Positions 9,858 to 20,757 of a stretch of 62,429 bases of DNA are shown piece after piece. Source of the DNA: Promethearchaeota archaeon (lineage in GTDB: Archaea > Asgardarchaeota > Lokiarchaeia > Sigyniarchaeales > SOKP01); contig JAGXNO010000020.1 in NCBI GenBank assembly GCA_019894975.1, positions 1 to 62,429 on the forward strand. The letters are read 5' to 3'. Each line of letters starts with the position of its first letter. Positions within the stretch are counted from its first letter, which is position 1. The notes beneath the pieces are model-generated. The model did not search any database and was not told where the DNA came from. It worked only from the letters and a program-made list of their open reading frames with translations. The translations under genes and the position numbers were made by a program.

Positions 9858-11711
9858 ATGGTTTCAAATAAGAATAATTTTCATAGAAATAATTCAATTG
9901 GACAAATTTTCACCCCAAATTATGTAGCAGAATTCATGGTAAGAAATATCGCTACCTTAGTTTTGGAAAGTAAGATGAATCTGCAAAGGTTAAAGGTTCT
10001 AGAACCATCGGCAGGAGAGGGTATATTTTTGAAACACTTTCTCCAAAACAAGTTTTCTAATATCCATGCTTATGAGATGGATTTATCCCTTAAGGAAAAT
10101 CTATTAGATTTATTTCCAACAGTAAAATTGGAGTTTAAAAATTTTTTAGATTCCAGCATTGCAGATAAATACGATATCATAATCGGTAATCCCCCTTATT
10201 TAGGTCAGAACTATAATGCTGCTGTTTTCCAAGAATATGTAAGGAAATATCCTATTTGTGAAAAGTTTTTCGTTGGAAATATGGATTTATTCTACTATTT
10301 CATTCATATGGGAATAGAGAAGTTAAATCCTGGAGGATTTCTTTCTTTTATTACTACTAATTACTGGATTACGAAATCCCAAAAAACAGGGATAAAATAT
10401 TTGAAACCCCATATACTCAATGAATGTTTTCTTGTTCAATATATAGACTTATCAAATTTAAAGATATTCGAAGATGCCAGAGGACAACATAACTGTATTT
10501 TCGTCTTACAGAAAAAAAGTAGTCAAGAAAAAATTAATAAAACGAATAAGGATATTCAGATAATTCAAACCTTAGGAAAGAATGAGGGGCAACATAAGCA
10601 AGATTCACTAAATAATTTAATTTTTCAGGATCTTATTCATAATAATCATTCAAGCAGCATTCGAAAATATACTTCAGCAACTACAAATGAGGATTTAGAA
10701 CTTGATAGTAGTTGGAATCTACTTTACTCCAAGGATGTTAAAGTCGTTGTAGATAAAATCGAAAATTATTGTAAGGATAACGGAAATATCTCAAAATTGA
10801 ATGACCTCTTTATTATAAGGAATGGTTTAATTTTAATAAATGATAGTGTATTTATTTTAAAGGAAGGAAAAGAATTAAAATTTGAAAATAATCAACTGTA
10901 TATTCAAATTAAAGGAGAGTACTTCAAACTTAATGAATTCGAAAGAAATCGGCTTAAAAAAGCATATAAAAGTAAATCAATCATTCCTTACGGATACCTT
11001 AATGAGGATTACGCAGGTTATATTCTTTATTTCAATAAGAATGAATTCGGAAATCAATCAGAAAATAAACGCAATCATCTACTTGAAAAAAAATATCCCT
11101 CTCTTACTAAATATCTAAAGCAATTTGAAGATGAATTACGTGAGACCTTAATCAATGCTAAGGAGAATCCCCATGATCTTTATTATCCTCGAAGAGGATC
11201 TTTTATTCGAAAAACCGAAAGAGATTCAAAAGAGATATTAGTTGATCTTGAACCTTTATATGAACAGAACCAAAAGATTTTTTTTAAGTACATTTCAACT
11301 AAAAATATCTTCGGATTTACAGCTGATCCTTATTATGCCACTTCAGATACATATTTCCTTTGGCCAAAGTCATGTGAAAAAAGTATTAATTACCCGTTTA
11401 TACTCGCTTACTTGAATTCTAGCATAGTATCTTTTTTGTACAAAGCTAAAAATATCATTATTAAAAGAAGTAAGACCAAGCTAGAGTATGGATTGCCAAT
11501 TCCTAACATTAAAAATTTTATAACTGAAGAAAAGAGTAAAATTATCAATCTCATAGAAAATCTTGTTGTATCTTTAATTGGGGACATAAATTCAAACCCA
11601 AGTAAGAAGGCATATAACGATAAACACAATATTCAAAGAACCATTGATTCGCTTTTCTTTCAGCTTTTTGACTTAGATGTAAAAAATATTTCTAAATTAT
11701 TAGAAAATTAA
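9858..11711 (+). CDS. N6-adenine DNA methyltransferase, Eco57I/TaqI-like gamma class
   Basis: GQIFTP, motif I LEPSAGEG, motif IV IIGNPPY, DLFYYFI, C-terminal target-recognition region (LAYLNS). Confidence 0.9.
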   Translation: MVSNKNNFHRNNSIGQIFTPNYVAEFMVRNIATLVLESKMNLQRLKVLEPSAGEGIFLKHFLQNKFSNIHAYEMDLSLKENLLDLFPTVKLEFKNFLDSSIADKYDIIIGNPPYLGQNYNAAVFQEYVRKYPICEKFFVGNMDLFYYFIHMGIEKLNPGGFLSFITTNYWITKSQKTGIKYLKPHILNECFLVQYIDLSNLKIFEDARGQHNCIFVLQKKSSQEKINKTNKDIQIIQTLGKNEGQHKQDSLNNLIFQDLIHNNHSSSIRKYTSATTNEDLELDSSWNLLYSKDVKVVVDKIENYCKDNGNISKLNDLFIIRNGLILINDSVFILKEGKELKFENNQLYIQIKGEYFKLNEFERNRLKKAYKSKSIIPYGYLNEDYAGYILYFNKNEFGNQSENKRNHLLEKKYPSLTKYLKQFEDELRETLINAKENPHDLYYPRRGSFIRKTERDSKEILVDLEPLYEQNQKIFFKYISTKNIFGFTADPYYATSDTYFLWPKSCEKSINYPFILAYLNSSIVSFLYKAKNIIIKRSKTKLEYGLPIPNIKNFITEEKSKIINLIENLVVSLIGDINSNPSKKAYNDKHNIQRTIDSLFFQLFDLDVKNISKLLEN

Positions 11712-11871
11712 TATAAAAATCCATTAAAGTTGTTTCTAATGGCTCTCTTTCTTATTATTAAGAATCGATAGGTTTTTATAGATCAAATACCATAATTTAT
11801 TTGTCTAAAAAGACGTCAAGAAGGAATTTACATACTAAGTATTGACATTTTAAAAATAAAGGTGGGAAAGA

Positions 11872-12492
11872 ATGAGGGATGATTTTGACGATTTTATTGA
11901 CCAAATAAGAAAGTATTTTAAATTAGATACTGATATGTTTGATATCGATTTTTTATTTGTTCCAGAATCAGATAAAAACTTAAGAAAAGTTCTAAAAGAC
12001 GAGAATATAAAGGGATTTAAGATATCTTACCATTATGAGTCAGGAATGGACAAACCAGAAATAAAAGTTGAGGGAAATATTGATGATAAACGAATTCATG
12101 AATATTTAAAAAATGTAGATGTTTCTAAAATCCCACAATTAAATAATTTATATCAAACACAATCTACTAAAGAAATTGACGCGAGTACGCTTTCATTGGA
12201 TACTTTTCTTAAAAAAGAAGAAAAAGATCAGAGAAATTTAAAAGAACCCTATACCGAAATTTGTGATAATGATGGGTTTACTGAAATAATGGTTGAAATT
12301 CCGGGTATGGGTAAAGATAATGTCACTATTAAGTTTGAAGATAAAGGAAAGAAGATGATATTTATTGCTAAAAATGAAAAGCGAAAATTTATGAAGGCTA
12401 TTCCACTACTTTTCAAATCTTCAGAAGGAGAATGTGAAATAGAAGTAAACAATGGGATTGCTATAATAAAAGTCAGTAAAGCAGTTGCATAA
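11872..12492 (+). CDS. Archaeal small heat-shock protein (Hsp20/alpha-crystallin)
   Basis: GFKISY...KPEI N-region, EPYTEI...VEIPGM, NNGIAIIKV; lies directly upstream of cdc48. Confidence 0.8.
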   Translation: MRDDFDDFIDQIRKYFKLDTDMFDIDFLFVPESDKNLRKVLKDENIKGFKISYHYESGMDKPEIKVEGNIDDKRIHEYLKNVDVSKIPQLNNLYQTQSTKEIDASTLSLDTFLKKEEKDQRNLKEPYTEICDNDGFTEIMVEIPGMGKDNVTIKFEDKGKKMIFIAKNEKRKFMKAIPLLFKSSEGECEIEVNNGIAIIKVSKAVA

Positions 12493-12554
12493 TTTTTTTT
12501 TATAATATTATTTGTAATAGAGATAGAATTAAAATAGGATATGATGATAGAAGT

Positions 12555-14780
12555 ATGAGTGAAATAACTCGGGAATATAAGGGAAATGGGAGAAAAGTAA
12601 GAATTAAGGATGCTTATAAAGGTGATGCTGGAAGAGGTAGGATTAGAATAGATCCTGCGGTAATTCAAGAAATGAATCTCAAAACAGGAGATGTTATTGA
12701 AATTTCACATCCAACAGCAGGAATGAAAACTGCTGCACTTTTATTTCCAGGAAAAGAAGAAGATAAAGGTTCGAATTCAATTCGAATAGATTCTTCACTT
12801 CGAAGGAATTTAGACGCGTCTTTGGATGATATTGTAGAAATACGAAAAATTGAAGCAAGTTTAGCTGATCGAATAACATTTGCGGGATTAGAAGAATCAG
12901 TTATCTTAAGAAGGTCTGAACAATTAGTCCGAATGTTGGAAAATCGTGTGATTACCAAGGGAGATATATTAAGTTTTAATGCAATGGGGAGAAGGATTGA
13001 TTTTATTGTTGTTGATTTCGCTCCTAAATCCACAGCTGTTAGAATTCACTTAGAAACAAAAATTACTATTTCTGAGAAATCTCACAAGGAGTTAGAAGAA
13101 TTAGAAGGTAGAAGAGTTACTTATGAAGATATTGGTGGATTAGAAGAAGAAATTCAAAAAATTCGTGAAATGATTGAATTACCGATTAGACATCCTGAAT
13201 TATTCAAACGAATAGGAATCGATCCACCTAAAGGTGTTTTGCTCCACGGTCCACCTGGTACCGGTAAGACTTTACTCGCAAGAGCGGTTGCATATGAAAC
13301 TGAAGCACATTTTATAACCATAAGTGGACCTGAAATAATGAGTAAGTTTTATGGTCAAAGTGAAGAAAATCTAAGAAAAGTATTTGAAGAAGCAAAAGAC
13401 ATGTCACCATCCATAATTTTTATAGATGAGCTTGATTCAATTGCCCCTAAGAGAGGAGAAGTAACTGGTGAAGTGGAAAGAAGAGTCGTTGCTCAGCTAC
13501 TTTCATTATTAGATGGTTTAGAAGGGAGAGGGGAGACTATCGTGATCGGTGCTACCAATAGAGTGAATGATATAGATCCCGCACTCCGACGCCCAGGTAG
13601 ATTTGACAGAGAAATTGAAATTGGTGTTCCTGATACGGATGGTAGGTATGATATCTTATTAATTCATACTCGCGGGATGCCATTACATGATGATGTTGAT
13701 CTACGTTTTATTGCTCAAAAAACTCACGGTTTTGTGGGAGCAGATGTCGAGGCATTAGCAAAGGAAGCAGCGATGCTAGCAATAAGAGCTATCTTGCCAA
13801 AAATTGATTTAGATAAACCAATCCCCAATGAGATTCTAATGGATATAGAAATTTTTATGAAAAATTTCGAAATTGCTTTAAATGGCATAGAACCTTCAGC
13901 CTTAAGAGAAGTCTTAATTACCCAACCGTCTGAAACTTGGGATGATATTGGTGGTCTGGAAGATGCCAAGCAGCAACTGCAAGAAGTTATTGAATGGCCA
14001 TTAAAATTCCCGCAATTATATACTCATCTAAATTCAAAGCCACCCAATGGGATATTATTATTCGGACCTCCTGGAACCGGGAAAACATTATTAGCAAAAG
14101 CATTAGCTCATGAAAGTGAGTTAAATTTTATATCAGTTAAAGGTCCCGAATTTTTATCAAAATGGGTTGGAGAAAGCGAAAAAGCTGTGAGGGAAACCTT
14201 TAGGAAAGCGAGATCTGCGTCACCGTGTATCATCTTTTTTGATGAAATAGATGCCATCGCTGGAATGAGGGGAAGATTTGCTAGTTCTCAAGTAACTGAG
14301 CAAGTAGTATCACAACTTCTAACAGAAATGGATGGCTTAGAAGGATTGAAAGATGTTATTTTACTGGCTGCAACCAACAGACAAGATATGCTAGATCCTG
14401 CCTTACTCCGTTCAGGGAGATTTGGAAGGCATGTAGAAATTCCGTTACCTGACAAAGATGCTAGAATAGATATATTTAAGATTCATCTAGGAAACAAACC
14501 ACTTGCTTCTGATGTAAATATCAAGCAACTGGCAGAAGCTTTAGAGGGATATACAGGGGCCGATATTCAAGCTATATGTGAGGAAGCAACATTATTAACA
14601 ATTCGGAGAGCTGTATCAGATCCAAACGTCAACACTCAAGATGCAAATTCAGTAAAAACAGTAAAAATTTCACATAAAGAAATCGATCAAGCAATTGTTA
14701 AAATTTTAAAATCTGCAGACAAAGCTCAAAAGTCTCATGAGACCTATTCAAAAGAACCCTCAGAAGATATATATAGATAA
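12555..14780 (+). CDS. cdc48: Cdc48/VCP/p97-family AAA+ ATPase
   Basis: N-domain plus two AAA modules (GPPGTGKT twice, DELD/DEID Walker B, second region of homology); C-terminal HbYX-type tail (DIYR). Confidence 0.97.
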   Translation: MSEITREYKGNGRKVRIKDAYKGDAGRGRIRIDPAVIQEMNLKTGDVIEISHPTAGMKTAALLFPGKEEDKGSNSIRIDSSLRRNLDASLDDIVEIRKIEASLADRITFAGLEESVILRRSEQLVRMLENRVITKGDILSFNAMGRRIDFIVVDFAPKSTAVRIHLETKITISEKSHKELEELEGRRVTYEDIGGLEEEIQKIREMIELPIRHPELFKRIGIDPPKGVLLHGPPGTGKTLLARAVAYETEAHFITISGPEIMSKFYGQSEENLRKVFEEAKDMSPSIIFIDELDSIAPKRGEVTGEVERRVVAQLLSLLDGLEGRGETIVIGATNRVNDIDPALRRPGRFDREIEIGVPDTDGRYDILLIHTRGMPLHDDVDLRFIAQKTHGFVGADVEALAKEAAMLAIRAILPKIDLDKPIPNEILMDIEIFMKNFEIALNGIEPSALREVLITQPSETWDDIGGLEDAKQQLQEVIEWPLKFPQLYTHLNSKPPNGILLFGPPGTGKTLLAKALAHESELNFISVKGPEFLSKWVGESEKAVRETFRKARSASPCIIFFDEIDAIAGMRGRFASSQVTEQVVSQLLTEMDGLEGLKDVILLAATNRQDMLDPALLRSGRFGRHVEIPLPDKDARIDIFKIHLGNKPLASDVNIKQLAEALEGYTGADIQAICEEATLLTIRRAVSDPNVNTQDANSVKTVKISHKEIDQAIVKILKSADKAQKSHETYSKEPSEDIYR

Positions 14781-14789
14781 CTTTATTGG

Positions 14790-15590
14790 ATGGAGGAAAG
14801 ATTAATGGAAGTAGAAGAACAAGAAAGAGGAAACTTATTCCTTAGTATGGATAATTTACTTGAAATATTAGGTAATCCTACTCGACGGATGATTTTATCG
14901 AAATTAGCGAAAGTACCTCTCGGTGCTTCGGAATTAGCAGCTTCATTTGGAAAAAAGATATCAAGACAAGCAATTCATTCTCAACTTAAAATGCTTTCTG
15001 ACTATGACATACTTGAAAGTTTCGGTGACGATCCAAGGAATATTAAATATCGAATTAAAAGTAATCTATCCCTACGAATTAATGTATCTCCAGATTATTA
15101 TAATATCAAATATAATGTATCGAGAGTGGATGATTATAGCGTAAAATTAGAACTTAGAGATACAGGATGTCATGTTGATTATGAAAAAATTAAAGGTACT
15201 AATGAGAAATTCAGATTTATTGGGGAGAAAATAAGGGAAATAGAAAAGAAGACTAGTATCCTAGAGCAAGAAAGAAATGTATTATTGCATAATAAAGAGT
15301 GCTTCATTATTGAACTAAAAAATATAATGGCTGAGCAATACGAAGAGAATATGAAGACAAAAGAACAGCCTAACCTCGAAAAAGAAATTTTCTATACACT
15401 GTTTTATAATCCCGCCAGATATTTCAAAAGAATTAATATTGATAAGTTATTAGATGATCTTTTTTTCTCAGAGATGGGACCTATTCTTAGAGACACCAAT
15501 AAAGTGACTATTCGTCATTTGCTTAGAGATTTAACCAGCATGATGGATTTCCTAAGGGAAGATGAAGATAAATGGTTTTTTGATATATAG
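14790..15590 (+). CDS. ArsR-family HTH regulator with coiled coil (Phr/HSR1-like heat-shock regulator candidate)
   Basis: LEILGNPTRRMILSKL...ISRQAIHSQLKML winged HTH; 9 nt downstream of cdc48. Confidence 0.8.
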   Translation: MEERLMEVEEQERGNLFLSMDNLLEILGNPTRRMILSKLAKVPLGASELAASFGKKISRQAIHSQLKMLSDYDILESFGDDPRNIKYRIKSNLSLRINVSPDYYNIKYNVSRVDDYSVKLELRDTGCHVDYEKIKGTNEKFRFIGEKIREIEKKTSILEQERNVLLHNKECFIIELKNIMAEQYEENMKTKEQPNLEKEIFYTLFYNPARYFKRINIDKLLDDLFFSEMGPILRDTNKVTIRHLLRDLTSMMDFLREDEDKWFFDI

Positions 15591-15649
15591 GGAGTAATTT
15601 TATATTAAGTGGGGTAATTAAAATAAGTTTTGAAGATCTGAAGAAACAA

Positions 15650-16123
15650 ATGGCAGAGATATTCGAACGAGTAAAAAAAGATGTTCGAAGAGTAACGGGA
15701 CGCCAAAGAGCGGGTCTTACTTTAGGTTTGGTCGAGATGGGGATGTATAGGGGAGGTTTTATAGGGGGTATGCATTTTTCTCCAGGAACAGATATAGTAA
15801 TGAATAAAACACCCTTGAAAATACTCCTTGAACAACAACCTTATGAAATAGTTTGGGCATATACTTACCACATTCTTTTACATGAATATGTTCATTCATT
15901 AGGGATTTTAAATGAGCAACAATGTAGAGATATTACATTGAGAATAAGTGAAGAAATTTTTAATGAAACTGATCATCCTGCTATTATGCTAGCGAAAAAA
16001 GGAATTGGAACTTTTTTTCCGAATGTAAAATTAATATACGCTCCTCCAGATCTTCGACCAGATGGCATCCCGATAGAATATATTTACGATTTTGACAGAG
16101 GAAGTTATGAGTATTATTCCTAA
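15650..16123 (+). CDS. Small zincin-like metalloprotease (HExxH)
   Basis: ILLHEYVHSLG motif; last gene of the hsp20-cdc48 cluster. Confidence 0.75.
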   Translation: MAEIFERVKKDVRRVTGRQRAGLTLGLVEMGMYRGGFIGGMHFSPGTDIVMNKTPLKILLEQQPYEIVWAYTYHILLHEYVHSLGILNEQQCRDITLRISEEIFNETDHPAIMLAKKGIGTFFPNVKLIYAPPDLRPDGIPIEYIYDFDRGSYEYYS

Positions 16124-16178
16124 GAAGAAAAGAAGCTATTTCAAATCTTCCTATTAAGATTTTTTTCTATTATATATT

Positions 16179-16559
16179 TTACATATGAATCGGTTTTGGT
16201 ATATCCAGAATATTTTTCAAGGTGGAGACTAACTTTTTATGGGTAAACGGTTTATCTAAAAATCCCATTGCTCCATTCAAGTAAACAATCTCTTTTATTG
16301 TCCTATCGGCACTCGCGAAAATAACTCTTGTACTTCCGTCAATTTCTAAGATCGCCTTTAGCGCGTCAATTCCATTTTTAATCGGCATTCTATAATCGAG
16401 AATAATAATGTCTGGTTTTTCTTGGAATTTTTTAAACATCTCAATTGCCTCATCACCATTACTTGCAAAGCCTACTACGTGAAATCCCGACATATCTAGA
16501 AGTAACTCATAGAGTCTTTGAAGATCTCTGTCATCCTCTGCAATGAAAATATCTATTAT
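16179..16559 (-). CDS. Single-domain response regulator (receiver); probable ATA start
   Basis: The frame extends upstream of the track's ATG through IIDIFIAEDD (beta1 and acidic pocket) to an in-frame stop. Contains ILDYRMP (phospho-Asp) and KPF. GGAGG lies 8 nt before ATA at 16559. Confidence 0.88.
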   Translation of the reverse strand: MIDIFIAEDDRDLQRLYELLLDMSGFHVVGFASNGDEAIEMFKKFQEKPDIIILDYRMPIKNGIDALKAILEIDGSTRVIFASADRTIKEIVYLNGAMGFLDKPFTHKKLVSTLKNILDIPKPIHM

Positions 16560-16909
16560 TTAGAACGCCTCCTAATCCAAATTACTTCTTTTACAACATT
16601 AAATAAGGATTTAACTACTTCACACTCAACCTAATTTTATTTGCAATATCCCTTTTCAATAAAATTGTTATGCAAATCAAGTACAGTATTTTTCCTATTT
16701 ATTATTAACCATTTACAAAAACGTGGTTTAAATGGTTCTAATATATTAAACTTGCCCAAGAGAGAAGTAGAATCATATTCTAAAAAAAGAATTTAATAAT
16801 TTTTATTATCTACCCTCTTTTTATATACAATAGTTAAGATTAATAGATATGACAAAGTTGAATTAATTAGAATTCAGCTTTTTTAAGAGGTAATCTTACA
16901 ATTTCTGAA

Positions 16910-17962
16910 ATGATCTCTAAAGAAGAAAATAAAGAGGAAATAATAGAAAAAGACCTTGAGATCAATCCAGATAAGCTTATTTTAAAATGGAAATACCAAA
17001 ATGTTGATAAAAAACTAACTTATGACATAAAGAAGTGTATAGGATGTTCATTATGCAAACTAGTTTGTCCAACAGATGCAATCGACCTTGGACCAATACC
17101 TGAGATTGCTCAAGAAATACTAGATGATACCAATCCGAAAATTTTAATCGATCACGAAAAATGCTGCTATTGTATGCTCTGTGCGGTTATTTGCCCAAAT
17201 GATGCATTTCATGAGAATATAGAACCTGAAGGACAAGTCGATTTGAATCAGTATCCAACCATTGATAAGTTTTATAAAATTGATATGAAGAAATGTACCG
17301 AGGATAAAAAAAATGATATCTGCCTCTTGTGCTTAGAGGTAAGAGACAGGAATCATATAGAAAGTTACTTTAGAATCGAAAAAGAATGCCCAACCCACTG
17401 TTTCTCAATTGATTCTCCTTTAAAAGGGGAAGTCATAATTAAGCGAAATATGTTGCATAAGTGTGATCCTCAAGGATGCAAAGCCTGTGTTAATATTTGC
17501 CCAACTGAGTCATTTTTCATCCCAGAAAAAGCAGAAGATGTCAAAAAGTACGGAAAAATTGCGTGTAACGAAGATGAATGTTTTTATTGCGGAGCGTGTG
17601 AAAATTCTTGTCCCGATGACTTAATAATCGTTGAAAGAAAAGAAATTGCTATTAAAGAACCAAAAAGTATCGGTAATTATCCATGGATTAAAGGTTGGGC
17701 AAGAAGTATTAAGGAAATCTTCCGAAAAAGATTAATTTCTGGAAAGGAACAAATCTCAATCCCTTTAATTGAAGAGGAAGTTAAAAAACTAAAGATAAAG
17801 GTCGAAGAAGATGTCCCTCAATTATCCAAAGAAGACCGAGAAAAACTAGCTGAAATGAATGAAAAGATTCAATCTCTTCTGAGGTCATCAAAAATACGCT
17901 ATTGGATAAAGGATAAGAAGACGGAGAATATCAGAAAAGAATTACGGAAAATTTTAAAGTAG
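16910..17962 (+). CDS. Polyferredoxin, FwdF-like 4Fe-4S protein
   Basis: Repeated CxxCxxCxxxCP motifs (CIGCSLCKLVCP, CCYCMLCAVICP, CKACVNICP, CFYCGACENSCP). Confidence 0.88.
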   Translation: MISKEENKEEIIEKDLEINPDKLILKWKYQNVDKKLTYDIKKCIGCSLCKLVCPTDAIDLGPIPEIAQEILDDTNPKILIDHEKCCYCMLCAVICPNDAFHENIEPEGQVDLNQYPTIDKFYKIDMKKCTEDKKNDICLLCLEVRDRNHIESYFRIEKECPTHCFSIDSPLKGEVIIKRNMLHKCDPQGCKACVNICPTESFFIPEKAEDVKKYGKIACNEDECFYCGACENSCPDDLIIVERKEIAIKEPKSIGNYPWIKGWARSIKEIFRKRLISGKEQISIPLIEEEVKKLKIKVEEDVPQLSKEDREKLAEMNEKIQSLLRSSKIRYWIKDKKTENIRKELRKILK

Positions 17963-18065
17963 CCTTTTTTCATAATATTGTATATTAGACCTAAAAACCT
18001 CCTTGTTTAAATAGATTTGACTATAAATAAGTTAAGTTTATTCAATTTTTATTAATGAAAACAAA

Positions 18066-18344
18066 ATGAAATTAAAATTAAAGGTTAAAGAACATAAAAA
18101 GAAAAGATTGGTTGTTTGGATACAAAAAGACAAGGATTTTAATGATAGCATACAAGAATTGTTCCGATTTTTTAAAGATAAAATCAAAATTTCAAAATTA
18201 AGCAAAATTACGAATTATTATATTATTTCTTCAGAAAATCCTGGTATCATATTATCCTTGCATTCCACAATACAGGATTTAATCCCCGAAGTCTATTTTA
18301 ACTCAGAGGATTGCTTCGAAGAAAATGAAATCATGAATACTTAG
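18066..18344 (+). CDS. Hypothetical protein
   Basis: 92-aa ATG-started ORF that fills the gap before the tRNA; no motif recognised. Confidence 0.55.
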   Translation: MKLKLKVKEHKKKRLVVWIQKDKDFNDSIQELFRFFKDKIKISKLSKITNYYIISSENPGIILSLHSTIQDLIPEVYFNSEDCFEENEIMNT

Positions 18345-18356
18345 AACATTTAAAAA

Positions 18357-18430
18357 TGGGAGAGGAGGGATTTGAACCCCCGACCCCTTGGTCCCAAACC
18401 AAGAATCATACCAGTCTAGACCACTCTCCC
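18357..18430 (-). tRNA. tRNA-Pro(TGG), intron-less, CCA not encoded
   Basis: GGGAGAG/CTCTCCC acceptor stem with discriminator A, anticodon arm CTTGG-TTTGGGA-CCAAG, T-loop GGTTCAAATCC. Confidence 0.96.
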
Positions 18431-18606
18431 GTCAGAAGCAGGCTTAATTTTTACACGGGACCCATCAGTTCTTCTCTTTTAACTGAGAAAAATTAAGAAA
18501 AACCAAACTCATCCTATGTATTTGTTAGTATAGATAAGAAAAAATAATATACTAAAAAAGTTTTATCGTTGAAAAATTAAGTTATTACTTTAAAAATTTA
18601 AAGGAA

Positions 18607-18855
18607 TTATTTTTTAGAAATTGGGAGGGAAAAACAAAACTCTGAACCTTTATTTTTTCCTTCAGATTCAGCCCATATTTTTCCACCATGCATCTTTACG
18701 ATTTTTTTCGAAGTGTAGAGTCCCATTCCTGTTCCTTCAATACCGATATCCCACCCTTTGCCATATCGTTCAATTTTCCCAAATTGTTTAAAAATTTTAT
18801 TTTGGTCATCCCTAGAAAACCCTATACCATTATCTCGAATAGAATGTTTAAACAA
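18607..18855 (-). pseudogene. C-terminal HATPase fragment of a histidine kinase
   Basis: Only G1/F/G2 boxes (IRDNGIGF, GTGMGLY, HGGKIWAES). No H- or N-box, and no room upstream before the divergent gene at 18954. Confidence 0.8.
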
Positions 18856-18953
18856 AAATTCTGCTTATGGAAGTAAAATTTTTCGATACGATTAATTTAG
18901 AAGTTACTAATTTATTTAATAGTTAGTATCGACGAATTTGCTTTCAATTCAAA

Positions 18954-19523
18954 ATGCTTAAAACAATATATCTAATAAGGATTGGTAGGTTAGACCAGTC
19001 ATATTTACGTGATTTAAAGACGAATCTCGAGCTCGGGTTTAATGAGTTTAATATGAATGTTGAGATCCTTAAGAAAAAAATTAAATTGAGAAGAAATTAT
19101 TTAGATAAAACTAACAAACAATACAAAGCACAAAAGTTATTAGATCTTTTATACAAGAACGCTAAAGAGAAGAAGTTATTCAGAATTCTTGGGATTTTAG
19201 ACAAAGATATATATTCCAAGAATTTTAATTTCAATTTTGGTGTGGCAAACAGAGGTTCACATGCTGCCTTAATCTCAATATCGCGTCTTAGAGAAAGTTT
19301 TTATATTGAGTCAAGTGATTTATATAGAAAATTAGAATCACAAGAAACACTTAACGAGAGAATATTAAAAGAAGCAAAACACGAGCTTGGGCATACATTT
19401 GGGTTAAAACATTGTCTAAATGATTGTGTAATGCAATCTTCTAATAGTTTAAGAGATACAGATAAAAAACCAGTAGAGTTTTGTCATCCATGTTTAATCA
19501 AAATAAAGAATTTTCTAACATAA
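18954..19523 (+). CDS. amzA: Archaemetzincin (peptidase M54)
   Basis: HELGHTFGLKHC..CVM..SNS....D.K...FC..C signature. Confidence 0.9.
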   Translation: MLKTIYLIRIGRLDQSYLRDLKTNLELGFNEFNMNVEILKKKIKLRRNYLDKTNKQYKAQKLLDLLYKNAKEKKLFRILGILDKDIYSKNFNFNFGVANRGSHAALISISRLRESFYIESSDLYRKLESQETLNERILKEAKHELGHTFGLKHCLNDCVMQSSNSLRDTDKKPVEFCHPCLIKIKNFLT

Positions 19524-19538
19524 TTAAAAATTCTCTTT

Positions 19539-20540
19539 CTAAAATCGTTTAGTGAAAGCATTATAAAGATTTTCACTTAATTTCAAAATCTTCTTATGAT
19601 TTTTCACTAATTTCACTAGATCACTTGGAATATTTTTCATACCAAAATAAGCTCCTGCTAAACTTCCCCCTATTGCTCCCACGGTATCGCTATCCCCCCC
19701 TGCAGTCGCAAGTTCAAAAATACACTCTTTAAATGATGTTAATCTCTTTAAAAAAATAAATAATGAGCATAATACAGTACTGATTGCATAGGGATGTACA
19801 AAAGCTTGTCCTAAATATTCTTCAATAAAGTATGGAGATTTTACTCCTGCTTGAGAGAATTTAATTAATCCTGATTCAATTGGCATGTCTAAATTAGACT
19901 TTAGTTTCTTTAAAAGAACGATAAATTCTTCCCAGATTTTTTCTTGAGATCTTGATATTGAAGAAGTTATAACTTCAAAGAATTCATCAATCGAAAATCC
20001 TGTTATTGGATCTTTATTGAGCAAAAATGATATAGCTCGCGCAATAACTACTGCTCCAGCTGAAGCTGCTGGATGAGAATGAGTGATAATACTTGATTTA
20101 ATTGCTGTAGTTTTTAATCCTTTAAGGTTTGTACAATAAAAAAGTCCTATTGGAGCAATCCTCATTATAGTACCATTTCCCCCCGAATTTGATGCGGCTT
20201 CTTTCCATGGAATCCCATACTTTAATTTTCTAATTGAGGATATACAACCCCATCCTGGACCTATTGGAGGATCGTCTAACCATTTCACATACTCTCTAAT
20301 AAAATTATCAGTGTGAAACCCATTTCCTTGAATGAGTGCTTTTGCGGTATGTATAGTTAATTGTGTATCATCGGTATAAGTTCTGAAAACATCTTTATAG
20401 CCCTCTATAAATTCACCAAAATCTTTAAAATAGGAATAAATATCTTTCCGAAGCTTTCCCTGAAAAGGACAACCGAGAGTGTCACCAATTGCAACTGAAA
20501 TCAACGTACCTTGAAATTTATCTAGCAGATCTAATGACAT
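19539..20540 (-). CDS. ADP-ribosylglycohydrolase (DraG/ARH family)
   Basis: AIGDTLG, YTDDT, GNGTIMRIAP, GGDSDTVGAIGG motifs. Confidence 0.92.
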   Translation of the reverse strand: MSLDLLDKFQGTLISVAIGDTLGCPFQGKLRKDIYSYFKDFGEFIEGYKDVFRTYTDDTQLTIHTAKALIQGNGFHTDNFIREYVKWLDDPPIGPGWGCISSIRKLKYGIPWKEAASNSGGNGTIMRIAPIGLFYCTNLKGLKTTAIKSSIITHSHPAASAGAVVIARAISFLLNKDPITGFSIDEFFEVITSSISRSQEKIWEEFIVLLKKLKSNLDMPIESGLIKFSQAGVKSPYFIEEYLGQAFVHPYAISTVLCSLFIFLKRLTSFKECIFELATAGGDSDTVGAIGGSLAGAYFGMKNIPSDLVKLVKNHKKILKLSENLYNAFTKRF

Positions 20541-20757
20541 TTTAAATCAATATAAATATCTATTCTTTTAACTTTTTGGTATATGTGTAATTCATTGATG
20601 GTTTTTTTCTTTAAATATAGGGCACAATAATACTATTAAAAGTACAAACATATTATTCTACAAGAATTTGACTAAAAGGTTATTAAAAAGGCTTATATAC
20701 GAACTTTACTAATTTTAGTTTTAATTCACAGAATAAAATCAACTAGAGGAGATTCTT

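Noticed and set aside
18357-18430. Intron in tRNA-Pro, or use of the tRNA as an integration site
   Set aside because: The 74-nt cloverleaf is complete without an insert, and no integrase or repeated 3' end was seen in the window.
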